The notes beneath the pieces are model-generated. The model searched no databases. It was not told the DNA's origin and saw only the letters and a list, made by a program, of their open reading frames with translations. Below are positions 1 through 11,718 of a DNA stretch of 58,894 nt, one piece after another (the stretch's first letter is position 1; each line of letters starts with the position of its first letter). Made by a program: the position numbers and the translations under genes. Source of the stretch: Chiloscyllium plagiosum. Lineage: Eukaryota. The stretch spans positions 4,889,794-4,948,687 of the forward strand of contig NC_057719.1 in the NCBI RefSeq assembly GCF_004010195.1, written 5' to 3'.

Positions 1-485
1 ATGTGGCTTTGTGTCATCGGAGATGTTTTGATTTAGATTCTCCTGATCCGACAGCATGAATCTGGGACTTCACTCAAACAGGGAGAAGAAACTACTGACC
101 TTTACACTCGGGGGGGGAAAACGAAGAAACCTGTCTTCGTGCTTTGACTTGCTTACTAAGCTATGACAGTCGGTCTGTCACCCTGCCAGCCCTGACCAGT
201 GCCACCTTCCACTGGCCATCTAATCTTTATAGAGAGCTGGGTTACTCCAGTGAGAAGTCTTTTAGGCTAATTTAAGAATGACTGACTGAATTAATTGCCC
301 TCCTATTCCAAAGGTAATCAAACAGAAGGAGCTGGGCAGCACATTGAATGTGTGGGATTGCTGTGTTCCCCAAAGATGTGTGCATCCTGATTAGCTGGCT
401 AACATTTTTGTACAGAATGATTTATGACTTGGGGTTAAATTGCTCCCAGTACTTAACTGGCCTTGTTTAATTTGGTATTGGTAGA

Positions 486-600
486 AGAAACATAGAAAAT
501 AGGAGCAGAAGTAGGCCATTCCGACCTTTGAGTCTGCTCTGCCATTCTGTATGATCATGGTCATCCAATTTAATCCCCTGTTCCCACTTTCTCTCTGTAC
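486..600 (-). mobile_element. CR1-type LINE 3' tail fragment
   Basis: AGAAACATAGAAAATAGGAGCAGAAGTAGGCCATT is the reverse complement of a CR1 3' end; related tails occur at about 4303, 17492 and 46822. Confidence 0.55.
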
Positions 601-727
601 CTGGGGGTGGGGGGGGTGACGAGTGTGCTGATTATGTTGTGGAAAGGACAGGATGGGTTACTGCAGGGTATGACTTGGAGTCAGCCTGCTGATTGGTCAC
701 TCGTTAATCCTGGATAAGGTTGAGCTT

Positions 728-1762
728 AGAGTCCTAGAGATGTACAGCATGGAAACAGACCCTTCGGTCCAACCTGTCCATGCCGACCAGATATCCCAAC
801 CCAATCTAGTCCCACCTGCCAGCACCTGGCCCATATCTCTCCAAACCCTTTGTATTCATATACCCATCCAAATGCCTCTTAAATTTTGCAATTGGACCAG
901 CCTCCACCACATTCTCTGGCAGCTCATTCCATACACTCACCACCCTCTGCGTGAAACAGTTGCCCCATAGGTCTCTTTTATATTTTTCCCCTCTCACCCT
1001 AAACCTATGCCCTTTAGTTCTGGATTCTACGAACCCACGGAAAAGACTTTGCCTATTTATCCTATTCATGTCCCTCATAATTTTGTAAACCTCTATAAGG
1101 TCATCCAGGGAAAACAGCCCCAGCCTGTTCAGCCTCTCCCTATAGCTCAAATCCTCCAACTTTGGCAATTTCCTTGTAAATCTTTTCTGAACCCTTTCAA
1201 GTTTCACAACATGTTTCTGATAGGAAGGAGACCAGAATTGCACGCAATATTCCAACAGTGGCTTAACCAATGTCCTGTACAGCTGCAACATGACCTCCCA
1301 ACTCCTGTATTCTGACCAATAAAGGAAAGCACACCAAACACCACCTCCACTATCCTATCGACCTGCGACTCTACTTTCAAGGATCTATGAACCTGACTCC
1401 ATGGTCTCTTTGTTCAGCAACACTCCCTAAGACCTTACCATTAAATGTATAAGTCCTGCTAAGATTTGCTTTCCCAAAATGAAGCACCTCATGTTTATCT
1501 AAATTAAACTCCATCTGCCACTTCTCAGCCCATTGGCCCATCTGATCAAGATACTGTTGTAATCTGAGGTAACCCTCTTTGCTGTCCACTACACCTCCAA
1601 TTTTGGTATCATCTGCAAACTTACTAACTGTCCCTCTTATGCTCTCATCCAAATCATTGATGTAAATAACAAAAAGAAGAGGACCCAGCACCGATCTCCA
1701 TGTAGATCACATCTACCGCTCTGCCCTCATCAATCATCTCTTTACTTCCTCAAAAAACTCAT
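728..1762 (-). mobile_element. CR1/HER1-type LINE, 5'-truncated, decayed ORF2 C-terminus plus 3' UTR
   Basis: Minus ORFs 1377-1691 (LGPLLFVIYINDLDESIRGTVSKFADDTK, RT core) and 806-1291 (LYRTLVKPLLEYCVQFWSP...LERVQKRFTR); internal deletion near 1697. Confidence 0.92.
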
Positions 1763-1904
1763 CTTCTTGAATTAATTTCCTGTAATTATGTATAATGAAT
1801 AATTTCCATGTACAAAGGAATCTAGCTGAATGGTGAGTATGCTGTCACACACCTGGCTTAAACCTTGTAGATGGTGGAGAAACTTTGAGGTTTTTCATGC
1901 TTTG

Positions 1905-2150
1905 TTTATGGGATATACGCATCGCTGACTAACCCCAGCATTTATTTTCCATTCCATTGTCCAGAGGCCAGTTTAGAAGCAACCACACTGCTGTGGGTCT
2001 GGAGTCACATATGGACCAGACTGGGACGGAAATCTGCCATCCTTACCCTCAAGGAGATTAGTGAACCAGATGGGATTTTATGACAATCAAGTCAGATTAT
2101 ATCTCCCAATGGGGTTCTGGACTCCTAGCCCAGTGACATTACCACTGCCT
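1905..2150 (-). mobile_element. tRNA-type SINE, family 2 (3' tail shared with LINE family 2)
   Basis: Shares CTGTGGGTCTGGAGTCACAT...TTAGTGAACCAGATGGG with copies at about 14462, 16165, 25345, 43383 and 57317. Confidence 0.65.
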
Positions 2151-3004
2151 CCTGTGTAAGGCTGAGGGGGTGAGCCAGTTGTTGTAGAGTACCCACCGTC
2201 TGACCTGCTCCAGCAGTTGTGATGCTGACCCGGCTACTGCCCTCGACAACACAACAATGGCACCGCCTTCCTCCTTATCACTGTCTTTTCCTGTAGTCAT
2301 TCCTTATTGACACCGGTTTCATGACAATTTATCATCGAAACTAAATTACAATGGACAGTATCTTTATCCCAAAACTAGTGTCAGTGTCAAATTCATACCT
2401 TTTTTATATTTCTTTTGTTGATGAAGTGGTTGAACAATTAGCCAGTCATAAAAATCAGGAATTTAACTAGTTTGCTGGGTCTCCCTGCCTCCCTCAATAG
2501 ATTACTGATCTAAAAATGAACAGTGTTTTTCATTCTATAAATGGCATCACATAGTTATTTTTGTGGATAATGTATCCGGTGTAGTGACCAATAGGGAATT
2601 CAACTGGCATTTGTGGTTTATCTGGTGCCATCTATGGCAGAGTGGGTGGCACTGTTGCCTCTGAGTCAGAGGAATGTGGGTTTAAGTCCCAGCGACAATT
2701 CAGAAACTAATTGAGGTGTCCGGTCGTGTCATGATTCCATCTTTCTCCGTAATCACAAATCACTCGCAAAAACATGGATTTTCCAGTCCTGGTCTAGTTG
2801 CTGTTTGTGGGATTCTGCTGTGCACACTTTAAAAATAAAACTCGATAATGAGACGTGGGCCATCGTTGCTGGGCCATTTATTGCCTTGAGAAGGTGGCGG
2901 TGATCTGCCTTTTGGATCACTGCAGTCTATGAGCCAGAGGTAGACTCTAGGTCATTGGAGACAAAGTTCTGGGAATGTACCTTATTTTCTGCTCTTATTT
3001 CCAA

Positions 3005-3628
3005 TAGAGTCATAGAGATGTACAGCATGGAAACAGACCCTTCGGTCCAACCCGTCCATGCCGACCAGATATCCCAACTGACAATCTGAGACCAGAATTT
3101 CACGCAATATTCTAACAGTGGCCTAACCAATGCCCTGTACAGCTGCAACATGACCTCCCAACTCCTGTACTCAATACTCTGACCAACAAAGGAAAGCATA
3201 CCAAACGCCACCTTCACTATCCAATCGACCTGCGACTCCACTTTCAAGGAGCTATGAACCTGCACTCCAAGGTCTTTATTCAGCAACACTCCCGAGGACC
3301 TTACCATTAAGTGTCTTAGTCCTGCTAAGATTTGTTTTCCCAAAATGCAGCACCTTGCATTTATCTGAATTAAACTCCAATGCCATTTCTCGGCCCATCT
3401 GGTCCAGATCCTGTTGTAATCTGAGGTAAGAAGAAAGTGAGGACTGCAGATGCTGGAGACCAAAGTTGAAAAATGTGGTGCTGGAAAAACACAGCAGGCC
3501 AGGCCGCATCCGAGGAGCAGGAGAATCAACGTTTTGGGCATAATCCCTTCTTCAGGAAGAAGGGCTTATGCCCGAAACGTTGATTCACATAATCTGAGGT
3601 AACCCTCTTTGCTGTCCACTACACCTCA
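3005..3628 (-). mobile_element. CR1/HER1-type LINE fragment, internally deleted and interrupted by a PLE-derived insertion
   Basis: Near-identical to the 728-1762 copy; encodes DLGVQVHSSLKVESQV...LYRALVRPLLEYCVKFWS; CR1 sequence resumes after 3590. Confidence 0.9.
3430..3589. mobile_element. Penelope-like pLTR-derived non-autonomous element (family A) with inverted hammerhead segments
   Basis: 13-bp TSD TAATCTGAGGTAA at 3417-3429 and 3590-3602; internal palindrome GAATCAACGTTTTGGGCATAATCCCTTCTTC / GAAGAAGGGCTTATGCCCGAAACGTTGATTC; same sequence as the 3' terminus of the GIY-YIG-bearing copies at 37463 and 41432. Confidence 0.85.
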
Positions 3629-3708
3629 TACAGTGATTGTACTTCACAATGTGCTTCATTGTGACATGCTTTAGTGTATCCTAAGACATGGTTTAAACGT
3701 AGGTAGTT

Positions 3709-4262
3709 TAGAACATAGAACAACACTGCGCAGAACAGGCTCTTCGGCCCTCGATGTTGCGCCGACCTGTGAACTGTTCTCAGCTCATCCCCCTACACTA
3801 TCCCAAAATCATCCGTGTGCTTATCGAAGGATTGTTCAAATCTCCTTTAATGTGGCTGAGTTCACTACATCAGCAGGTAGGGCATTCCATGTCCTTATCA
3901 CTCCCTGCGTAAAGAACCTGTCTCTGACATCTGTCTTAAAGCTATCCACCCCTCAATTTGTAGTTATGCCCCTCGTACAAGCTGACATCATCATCCTAGG
4001 AAAAAGACTTTCAGAAAAAGACTTTCACTGTCCACCCTATCTAATCCTCTGATCATCTTGTATGTCTCTATTAAATCCACTCTTAGCCGCTGCCTTTCCA
4101 ATGAGAACAGACCCAAGTGTCTCAGCCTTTCCATAAGACCTTCCCTCCAGACCAGGCAACCTCTTGATAAATCTCCTCTGCACCTTTTCCAATGCTTCCA
4201 CATCCCGCCTGAAATATGGGGACCAGAACTGCACACAATATTCCAGCGTTTTGTGTAGTTGC
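3709..4262 (-). mobile_element. CR1-type LINE 3' fragment (different subfamily)
   Basis: Minus frames LEYCVQFWSPYFRRDVEALEKVQRRF and LGLFSLERQRLRVDLIETYKMIRGLDRVD; tail TAGAACATAGAACA. Confidence 0.88.
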
Positions 4263-6161
4263 AGATTGATTCGATGCGTAACAGTCATTGTGCTAGATGT
4301 CCACAAGACTTAGGAGTGGAAGTAGGCCATTTGACCCATCGAGTGTGCTCTGCAATTCGGGAGGTTGAGGCCGATCTGCTAATCGTAAACTCTGCTTTGC
4401 TGCCTTTTCTCCATAACCCTCGATTTCCTTAATACACAAAGATGTGTAATTAATCCAGAGGAATGACTGGATTTACTCTGATTAATGAAATGATCTACAT
4501 TGTCAGTTAAGTCTCAATGTCGGCAGAATTTGCTAAATCCTGTGTAAGTGTCCTACACTATGGGCTGTGGCTAATAGTTTTGTCCAACCCGAAAACTAAA
4601 AAATAACCTCCCCAGGTAATATCATGGAACGTCCTGTTATTTTAAAGAAAAGTTACAGCATGATTTGGGAAGTCAACAGAGACCTGGCTGTGTGAAAGGA
4701 GCAGTTCAGGTCATGCTGTTTATTTTCATAATGAAGTGGGCTTTTCAGTGGAATATTATACATCACCGGATGGGAGCTCATCACCGCCCAGTGTCGGGAT
4801 TTGGGAAAACCTAAGTTAAAGACTCACTCAGGAATACAAAACAATTGCCTGTGAAATAATGGCTGGAATATGAAATGATAGCTGAAGCTCCCGAATTGCT
4901 CGTTTCATCACTCGCTGTAATAAAAAGGAATTGCTGATGTTTTAAGGTTTTAATTTAAACATCGAATTTAAACATCAAATTGTGGAGCTGTATGTTTCTA
5001 CTTTTTGATGTGACTATTCAGCCACTATCCTCATGACAGCTGTCTTTATTCAGTTCTCGAACTGAAGTAATACCTTAATTCGACTGTATGGTACAGAAAT
5101 GAGAACTCTCGCACAAACAATCCCATTGGAACTGTAACCCACAGAGCTCAGGATTAGCAGCTGAAACACTCTTTTTCAAGCCAACATAGATGTAAAGGAC
5201 TGAATGGCCTTTTTGTGTTTTAAATTTCTATACTTCATATGAAAGAGTCATTACTCTCCTTTAGCTGCCCTGTATTCAGGTCCTTATTTCTGATGACACT
5301 TTTTCTGAGATCTCTACCTTTTTCCCAACCAACCCCATATTCTGACCCTTGTTCATTCATGCCAATGTGGTGCTGCTCTCTAATACTAGCAGGATTATTA
5401 GAATGGGTCACTCTGTTTTCACTGCTCCCTTAAATTGCAATAGTCTCATACCTGTGCTTCTTATCCCTTGAAGGTGCCTCCACTCAGATATATTCTTTTT
5501 TCAACCAAAAATCATTCCGATGAGGTCTCTGGCGAAGTCTGACTTTTACTGCCCAAAGACCCAATGGTTGTTCTGTGGGAAATGAAGGTGGGAAGTGGTG
5601 TCCAGTCGATTGCACTCATCAGAAGACGATACCTTGGCCAATGTCCACTTAGTAGTGGATGTGACAATGACCCAAGCGCTTAATGGGTGACAAACTATGG
5701 TCTGTTATTTTGGCTGAACCACAAACACTTAAATGAGTGAACAAGCTGTGTGAGAACCAGCGCAGTTTGTTAAGTCAATGTTTGTTTGCTTGAGTATAAT
5801 TTCTGGTCTCTTGAGCATGTCCTAATTTCATCTTCCCACCATCAGTTTTGAGACCAGCTGTCAAAGCTTGTTGTCTTGCAATCATCAGGACAAAATACCA
5901 AAAATACCATCTTTCAAAAAGAACAGCAATTTATCCCTTAATCTACCTTAATGTACGTGTGTCTCTTGCGCGCTATTGCAATCCCCCACCTGCATTCTCT
6001 GAAGGCCAGAAGACATGGGGTTATGGTGATTGGGGAAAACAAGGAGTTCATATTTGGGTAAATCCTAGTCTTCAAAAGGATATTGGATAAAAGAATTGAA
6101 GGATAAAGATTGTAGGGATGTGGTGAAAGAGTAAATGTACCATAGTTTTACTGGACTATAG

Positions 6162-6340
6162 GGCTGCTCTCTCATAATAGAGACATGACTGGTGGTGGTT
6201 TAGCCTGAGGATCACTCTGTCTCAGTCAAGGGGAGAGGTTGAAGAGGAGAGTTTTTTTGAGATAATCTCAGCCTCAGTCTCTGCAGGTATTGAAACAACA
6301 CTGTGTAGGCATCACAAACCCAGCCGTCCAGCCAACTGAC
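6162..6340 (-). mobile_element. tRNA-type SINE relic (family 3)
   Basis: Reverse-complement similarity to 26866-27033, which has a B-box-like GGGTTCAATTC. Confidence 0.5.
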
Positions 6341-6469
6341 TCCCCTGTTTTCTCCCCACCCCACCCACGCCAAGCCTCTTGGAGGCTGAAGAGTGGGATT
6401 GGTAATATTGTTCTTTCAAAGAGTTTAATCCAATGCATTGGGCCAAGTGGTCTCCATAAAAGCCGCCTC

Positions 6470-7975
6470 CCTTCTTCCTGTAACCCTTAAATCTCTTACT
6501 GATCAAGAACCTACCTAGCTCTGTGTCTTAAATACACTCAATGACTTAGTCTCCATTGCCCTCTGTGGCAATGAGTTCCACAGATTCACCACCCTCTAGC
6601 TGAAGAAATTTCTCCTCATCTCATTCTGAAGGGCTGCCCCTTCACCTCTTGGGTCCTAGTCTCTCCTACTATTGGGAGCTTCTTATACTCAATCCAGGCC
6701 TCGGTATTCTGTAAGTTTCAATCGATTGCCCTCCCCCCAACTCCTCCAAGTGTATACCCAGAGTCCTCAACTACTCCCCATATGACACACTATTCATCCT
6801 TTGTAAATCTCCTCAGGACCTCCTCCAAAGCCAGCATGTTCTCCCTTAGATTCGGAGCCCCAAACTGCTCACAATATTCCAAATCTGATCGAACTACAAC
6901 CTCAGCATTTCTGCTCGTGTTCTCGCCTCTTGAAATGAATACTAACATTGCGTTTGCATTCTGAAATGCCAGTTTGAACCTGCTTGCTAACTTTAGAGAA
7001 ATCCTAAACTAGGACTCCCTAGTCCCTTTGTCCTTCAGATCTCCAAAGCTTTTATCTGTTTATAAAATAGGCTGCACTTATGTTGTTCTTATGAAAGTGT
7101 ATAAACTCTCTCATTGTATTCCATCTGCCCCTTCATTGCCCACTCTCCTAACCTGTGCAAGTCTTTCTGTAGCCTCCCCGCTTCCTCATCACTACGTGTC
7201 CCTTCACTATCTTTGTGTCATTTGCAAACTTGCACTGATGCCCTCAGTTCCTTCGTCCAGTTTGTTAACGTGAATAGTTGTGGTCCCAATATGGATCTCT
7301 GTGGAACTCCACCAGTCACCGGCTGCCATTCTGAAAAAGGCCCCTTTATACTTACTCTCTGCCTTCTGCCAGTCCTCCAAATGTGCCAGACCCTTGCCCC
7401 AGACACCCTTGAGCTGCTTTTTTTTTTAAGCAAGCTCCTGTATGGCACTTGTCAGAGGCTTTCTGGAATTCCAAATAGATCATGCCCACTGGCCCTCCTT
7501 TTTGTTAGCATTCTCATTACCTCATTGAATCACAAAGATATGCAGCAGGAAACTGGCCCTTCAGTTCAACTGGTCCATGCTGACCAGATATCCTAAATAA
7601 ATCCAGCTCCATTTGCCAGCATTTAGCCCATATCCCTCTTAAACCCTTCCTATTCATGTATCCATCCAGGTGCCTTTAAATGTTGTAATTATATTCGCAT
7701 CCACCCCTTCCTCGAGCAGCTCGTTCCATACCACTCTATGCCTTGTCGGAGTTCTAACAGATTTGTCAGGCATGGCTTCCCTTTGACAAAGCCATGCTGA
7801 CTCAGCCCTATTTTACATTGCACTTCCAAGTACTCTGCAATCTCATCCTTCATAACGAACACTCAAATCTTTCCAATGATTGAGATCAGAGTAACCGGCC
7901 TTTAGTTTCCAGTAGTGGGCCTCCCTCCCTTCTTAAACAGGGGTGTTATAATAGCCATTTTCCAGTCCTCTGGCT
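6470..7975 (-). mobile_element. Older CR1 LINE ORF2 fragments with a nested younger CR1 3' end (about 7527-7735)
   Basis: Minus frames RRQRVSIKGPFSEWQPVTGGVPQRSILGPQLFT and PEDWKMAIITPLFKKGGR are typical CR1 RT motifs. Confidence 0.82.
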
Positions 7976-8894
7976 CCAACCATGCGATGGTTGTATGATT
8001 GGCAGGGTACCTAATTTTGTCTGACTTCATTTCTGTGAAACTCCTTGGGGTGTTTCCCCTCATTAAAAATGGGATATAAATCCACGTTTTATTCCCCATA
8101 GTTAATGCTGATCTATAACCTGCACCTACTGAAAGTGTTGACAGAACACAAGTCATGTACAGAGCTGGAAGAGGAGGCTTGGAGAGCTGATGATTTAATA
8201 TGCCCGCTCCAACAGGGCAGTGTTCTGCTGATCCATGTCGGAGTGAAGCCAGGCTGCTGCCTTTGTTAATGGCTGCTTTATTGGAAGCAGCTGTGCACGA
8301 TTATTCTGTTTTAATGGATGTGCATCCTTGGGGAGTTTTGGCATTGCACTTTTGCAAGAACTGTAAGGTTTCTCTGCAATTATCTGAATTATTAAGCTGG
8401 TGACAGATCTGCTCGTTTAAATTTCCTGTCCCTCATATTAAAAAGAAGTTTGCCCAGCGCATGTTCAGTGTTGGAGTGTCAGTAGCACAAATGTTGATGC
8501 TAGTCCTAATGAATGTAATTAAACTCTTTTTATTGGTTATTATTTACTAAACCATTCCTCCTTCCTCTTAACCCCTTCTGAAGGGATAGATTTCTTCCTG
8601 TGGTACAGGAACAGTTAGGCCATTTAGAGTCTATCTTTGGAGTTACCAATGAGTTTTTAATAACTAAAGAAAAGGAATCATGTCTGTATTGAAAGAACGT
8701 ATTCGGTTATAAAACAAATTGATGGGAAATGAATTGTATAAATATTAACTTTGAGCAAGTGTTGTTTTGGAAGTTTAATAGCCTTCTGCTTACAGAAATG
8801 GGCTAGAGAGAAAATGGAAATATCTATGACCCACTGTTCTGAAAAATGAAGCTGTGATCTTTATTTGGCCAATTTTCTCTTTGTATTAAGTTTA

Positions 8895-9245
8895 AGGGAT
8901 GTGGGCATGGCTGCGTGGGCCTGGCATTTATAACCCATCCCTAGTTGTCCCCTTGAGATGGTCTGGGTGAGCTGCCTTCTTGAACAGCTACAGTCCATAT
9001 GCTGTAAGTAGACCCAGAAGGCCCTGAGGGAGGGAATTCCAGGATTCTGACCCAGCGACAATGAAGGAACGGTGATATATTTCCAAGTTGGGATGGTGGG
9101 GAACTATGGAAAAGAAACCAGAATGCTAGTGATCTCGAATACATCTTGTAGATGGTATGTACTGCTACTACTGTCGGTGGTGGAGGGAGTGGGTGTGGTG
9201 CCAACCAAGTGGGCTGCTGTGTCCTGGATGGTGTCAAGCTTGTTG
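8895..9245 (-). mobile_element. CR1/L2-group LINE family 2, 3' end
   Basis: GAGCTGCCTTCTTGAAC...GAATTCCAGGATTCTGACCCAGCGACA recurs at about 22268, 28352, 36180, 42290, 45355 and 48165. Confidence 0.75.
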
Positions 9246-9584
9246 CAGCAAAAGGCTCAGCAGTTTAGGCAATATCTGTGAAGTGATGGAGAGAGTTAAT
9301 GTTTCAGGTCAGGGAAGGTTAGAGATCTAAGAACTTGTGAACCAGAAACCGGAGAAGGTTGTCTAACTCCTGGAACTTGTTCCACCATTTAATCGGATTA
9401 GATTTGATCAGATTGTAACCTTGAACCACATTCCCATCTACTCCTGAGTGCTTTTTATCCACTTGCTTTGCAAGAATCTGTCCGCCGTGGCCAGGGTCCT
9501 GATCACACAGCCTTGATCTAAACACCTGAGAAAAGAGTTCAACTCGAGGTGAGGAAAGAGTGACTGCCTGTGAGATCAAGGCCA

Positions 9585-9945
9585 TACTTGTCCAAAGAGC
9601 CCAAGCAAACTACGGTCAATGGGAGTCCTACTTGACACCAAAGGAAAATGATTGTGGTTGTTGGTGGTCAGTCATCTCAGCTCCAGGACATCCCTGCAGG
9701 AGTCCCTTAGGGTAGTGTCCTAGGCTTAACCATCATCAGCTGCTTTATCAGTGACCTTCCATCCATCATTAAGTCAGAAGTAGAGATGTTCGCTCTTGAT
9801 GACGCCATGTTCGAAACCGTTCACGGAGACTCAGGTAATGAAGCAGTCCACGTTCAAATGCAACAAGACCTAGACAATTTCCAGGTTAGGGCTGACAACT
9901 AGCAGTAAAGCAACTGCCACACAAGTTCCAGGCTACGAATATAAC
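9585..9945 (+). mobile_element. LINE family 2 reverse-transcriptase fragment
   Basis: GGAGTCCCTTAGGGTAGTGTCCTAGGC...GAGATGTTCGCT..GATGAC reads as decayed GVP(Q)GSVLG...DLPSIIKSEVEMFA-DD. Confidence 0.75.
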
Positions 9946-10020
9946 GAGAATCCAGAAAAAGTATATTCCTGTCAGGGTGAAAGGAAAGGCTGGTAGGTTT
10001 AGGGAATGCTGGATGACTAA

Positions 10021-10090
10021 AGTGAGGTTCTGGATTAGTGGTGCTGGAAGAGCACAGCAGTTCAGGCAGCATCTAAGGCGCAGCAAAATC
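10021..10090 (-). mobile_element. PLE pLTR fragment (family A) nested in CR1
   Basis: GGTTCTGGATTAGTGGTGCTGGAAGAGCACAGCAGTTCAGGCAGCATC is the reverse complement of about 15679-15727. Confidence 0.75.
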
Positions 10091-11494
10091 AAAAGAAATT
10101 GCGGGTTTGGTTAAGAAAAAGAAGGAAGCATATGTAAGGTATAGACAGGATAGATCGAGTGAATCCTTAGAAGAGGAAGTAGGAGTATACTTAAGACGGA
10201 AATCAGAAGGGTAAAAAGGGGACATGAGATAGCTTTGGCAAATAGGGTTAAGGAGAATCCAAAGAGCTTTTCCCAATACATTTAAGGACAAAAGGATAAC
10301 TGGGGAGAGAATAGGGCTTCTCAAAGATCAGCAAAGTGGCCTTTGTGTGGAGCAGCAGAAAATGGGGGAGATACTAAATGAGTATTTTACATCAGTATTT
10401 ACTGTGGAAAAGAATATGGAAGATATAGACTGGGGGAAATAGATGGTGACATCTTGCAGAATGTCCATATTACAGAAGAGGAAGTGCTGAGTGCCTTGAA
10501 GCAGGTAATGGTGGATAAATCCCCAGGACCTGATCAGGTGTACCCCAGAACTCTGTGGGAAGCTGGAGAAGTGATTGCTGGGCCTCTTGCTGAGATATTT
10601 GTATCATCGATAGCCACAAGTGAGGTGCTGGAAGACTGGAGGTTGGCAAACGTGGTGCCAGTTTAAGAAGGGTGATAAGGACAAGCCAGGGAACTATAGA
10701 CCAATGAGCCTGATGTCGGTGGTGGGCAGGTTGTTGGAGGGAATCCTGAGGGACAGGATGTACATGTATTTGGAAAGGCACAGACTGATTAGGGATAGTC
10801 AACATGGCTTTGTGCGTGGGCAATCACGTCTCACAAACTTGATTGAGTTTATTGAAAAAGTAACAAAGAGGATTGATGAGGGCAGAGCGGTAGATGTGAT
10901 CTATATGGACTTCAGTAAGGCATTCGACAAGGTTCCCCGTGGCTGATTACAACAGGATCTGGACCAGATGGGCCAATGGGCCGAGAAGTGGCAGATGGAG
11001 TTTAATTCAGATAAATGCGAGGTGCTGCATTTTGGGAAAGCAAATCTTAGCAGGACTTATACACTAAATGGTAAGATCCTAGGGAGTGTTGCTGAACAAA
11101 GAGACCATGGAGTGCTGGTTCATAGCTCCTTGAAAGTGGAATCGCAGGTAGATGGGTAGTGAAGAAGGTGTTTGGTATGCTTTGGTCAGAGTATAGAGTA
11201 CAGGAGTCAGGAGATCATGCTGCGGTTGTACAGGACATTGGCTAGGCCACTGTTGGAATATTGCGTGCAATTCTGAGTCTCCTTCCTATCAGAAAGATGT
11301 TGTGGAACTTGAAAGGGTTCAGAAAAGATTTACAAGATGTTGCCAGGGTTGGAGAATTTGAGCTATAGGGAGAGGCTGAACAGGCTGGGACTGTTTCCTG
11401 GAGTGTCAGAGACTGAGGGGTGACCTGTAAAATCATGAGGGGTATGGATAGGGTGAATAGCCATGGTCTTTTTCCCGGGGGGGGTAAGTCCAAA

Positions 11495-11718
11495 AACACC
11501 AACTCTCTGAGGCTGGTATCCTGTCACTCTCTCTCTTTACTTGTGTGAAGTCCTTGATACTGATCCAGCTCCCTCTGAGCCAGCTATGTGTCTCAGAATG
11601 TCTGACTCACCTCATTATCTGTCAGCTCAGGCTCCCTGATTGGGGCTGTTAATCTGGTCCAATCAGGGGACTCGTATTGTATGATATCCAACTTGCTGAC
11701 CTCGTTACAATCAGTACA
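11495..11718 (-). mobile_element. Probable solo LTR inserted in CR1
   Basis: About 220-bp non-CR1 block interrupting the CR1 3' region; minus strand starts TGTACTGATTGTAAC; contains an inverted CCAAT pair TCCCTGATTGG...CCAATCAGGG. Confidence 0.5.

Noticed and set aside
806..1691. RT-like ORFs as a functional gene
   Set aside because: Truncated, frameshifted CR1 ORF2 pieces.
2927..3541. 204-aa minus ORF with a signal-peptide-like start (MPKTLILLLLGCGLACC)
   Set aside because: Chimera of a PLE pLTR read-through and decayed CR1 ORF2; the same 'LLLGCCLTCCAFPA' peptide arises from every family A copy.
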